Translations under genes and position numbers: made by a program
The notes under the pieces: generated by a model
What the model was told of the DNA's origin: nothing
The model's input: the letters and a program-made list of their open reading frames with translations, nothing else
The model's database searches: none
Assembly: GCA_002269645.1 (NCBI GenBank)
Contig: NIVC01000467.1
Span: 1-64,000, forward strand
Length of the DNA: 64,000 bases
Source of the DNA: Macrostomum lignano
Lineage: Eukaryota
Direction of reading: 5' to 3'
Shown: in pieces, positions 61,961 to 64,000 of the stretch
Numbering within the stretch: position 1 is the stretch's first letter
How the letters are laid out: every line of letters starts with the position of its first letter

Positions 61961-63277
61961 GGATCAGGGAGGTTGAAGACCGAAGGATCAGATCGAGAGG
62001 GATAGATCGAAGGATAGTGGAGGGTGTAGATATAAAACTCAGGGATAGTTTTTCAATATACAGCAAATAATCAATTTTTATTAGCTATATAATATGAACT
62101 ATTAGCTTAAATGTAATTTAAAGCAGTTTAAATTATTTGGCAGAAATATTTCCGCGTGGGCGGGGCCGCTGTTGCTATAGCAATATACTCGTACATGTAG
62201 ATCGAGCGTTAGCGTGGGTGGATAAAAAGGCAGGATCTATCGACTATGGATCACACCACCGCGCCCACCAATGCCATCAGTACGTCAAAAAATTAATTGG
62301 CTTTCCTCTAGGCTGCGGATGGTCTGATCCAGTGTTAGAGATGGGATAAATTTTGAACTTTTAAAGCAAGCAAATTTTCAACCTATGAAATTTGAATCTA
62401 TGGGAACTGTGCAGGCAATTCATACATCATTATTGCTTAAATTTTGGCTTTTCTTTTTAATTGATGAAACCATTCCGCCGCTGAAAAAGTTGTTGGTGCT
62501 CTTCGGCTCTTGCTACGCTTGTGTTGGTGGAAAAATTAGTCAAAAAAACTAGAGCAGGCATATGTGGGCGGCGCCCATTTAATTGAAGCAATTGCACAAA
62601 AAAGAGGCAAAAGCACTTCTCTCTTGCTCTCTTTCAGACGAGATGAATGGCTGCAATTTTATTGTGCGTGGGCGGGTTAGCTGTTTGAGTCGTGTATAAC
62701 GCAGCGAGCAACAGTGACAGCAATCTAATTGAGATATTCTGGCGTCCCATGACGAATAATAATTATGGAATTATATTTACCTTGCTCGCTCGACTCACTA
62801 ACCTGCGAAATTATTTAATGATATTTGAATGCTTTTTAAATCCCTGTGCCGCATCTAAGCAGATAAAATTAAAATAAGTTTTTTTAAACCTAACCATAAC
62901 TAACATGTACGAGTAGCAGATTGTAGTTGAAAGATCATAATTGCAGGGAACTTTTATGTAGCTTGAGTAGCTGTACAGTTAAGAATTGCATTTAACAGAT
63001 TTTAATTTGTTTTATGATGTACGCGTACGACATATTTACTCTCGTACATATAAATTTTACATCGCAAAAATAGAAAAGTGCACGAACTACTACGTAAGTT
63101 GTCCGTGAAAAAGTGTTTGGGGTAGAATTTAGGGATAATTTGCCAGCAGGTCGTTTGCTTGCCAATTTGCCCAGGCAGTGTGATGATTATAATTCATTTA
63201 AGTCGTAAACGAGAAGCAAAAAACTTGCAATATATTGTTACATCAACAGTTCGACATCTGAATTGTGTTGGTAGTAA

Positions 63278-63427
63278 CTAGGGGTGTTTGGGATGGCATT
63301 TTTTCGGGGTTCGGGGTTAACCCCGATCCCGAAAATATCTTTCGGGAATCCCGAACCCCGTCCCGAACATTTATCGGGAACCCCGAACCCCGTCCCGAAC
63401 CCTAATCCCGACCCCGAACCCCGATAA
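63278..63427. mobile_element. Possible DNA-transposon (hAT/MITE-type) end with CCCGAA subterminal repeats
   Basis: TAGGGGTG start followed by clustered TTCGGG and CCCGAA(CC) motifs in both orientations. No partner end found. Confidence 0.35.
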
Positions 63428-64000
63428 CGCTGAAGTAAGCAATAGCATGAAATAAAAAGTGGTATTGACGGGCAATGACGGCTACTTACGACTATTAGCC
63501 TGTTTCAGTTCAACTTAAAATTAATGTGAAATTAATTTAAGGCAGGTTGCATTTCTTTTGTTTTCTTTTTCCAATAGTGAATCAAATAGTGAACTCAAGG
63601 TTCGAAAACCACTATTTATTCAGTATATTATTCAATTCCATCGATTACGAATACGAAATACGAACTAACGAACTTAAGAACTCAACGGTTGTGTTCATTG
63701 AGCAACAATTTTGCTGTGTTTGATGTGTGAAACATCATGTGCCTCTTTCTCTGCAGAGATAGAAGCTATCTTATCAATCAAGAATCAATCTCTCTTTTTC
63801 TTAATCTCGTTTACTTAGTCTTTGGTGGCATTGCCATCGATGCACGTTGACGCTAGTAAACACTAAAATAGTCTGAATTCTCATGTCATCTAATCAAAAT
63901 GATCAGACTACCAAGTGATAATAGAATAGAACGCGAGTCACTTTACAGTCTCTGGCTCAACGAATATGGCATACAGCTAATCGAATTTGTCTCGCAAGAA

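Overview
This is repeat-rich eukaryotic (animal) DNA with spliceosomal GT-AG introns. The style suggests a free-living invertebrate such as a Macrostomum-like flatworm, but that is inference only. Four host genes are supported: (1) the 3' exons of a SynGAP/DAB2IP-type C2-RasGAP (+, 3049-7225); (2) a complete 4-exon CFAP20/BUG22 (-, 11273-13294); (3) an intronless neprilysin/M13-like type II membrane protein whose zinc-binding motifs are destroyed (-, 15671-18055); (4) a complete 4-exon clan-7 (CYP7/8-like) cytochrome P450 with a shortened heme loop (+, 52718-54556). The centrepiece is a 10.3-kb Ty3/Gypsy element (34240-44553). It has two 970-bp LTRs that look identical by eye, a TGTG target-site duplication, a tRNA-Leu PBS, a PPT and a GGGAAAC-plus-hairpin -1 frameshift signal. 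It also has three unusual features: an LTR packed with palindromic FoxO, AP-1, CRE, MEF2 and NF-kB-type sites; a repeat-expanded tether between RNase H and integrase; and about 450 extra unrecognised codons fused in frame after the normal end of Pol. The window also holds two head-to-head decayed THAP/P-element transposases, two copies of a tRNA-derived SINE, a foldback-like unit bounded by inverted 22-bp arrays, and more than 15 mini/microsatellites, including a 5.5-kb 16-mer array with a 1581-bp higher-order period. Most long ORFs in the supplied track that lie over repeats are artefacts. No CRISPR array, rRNA gene or true tRNA gene was found.
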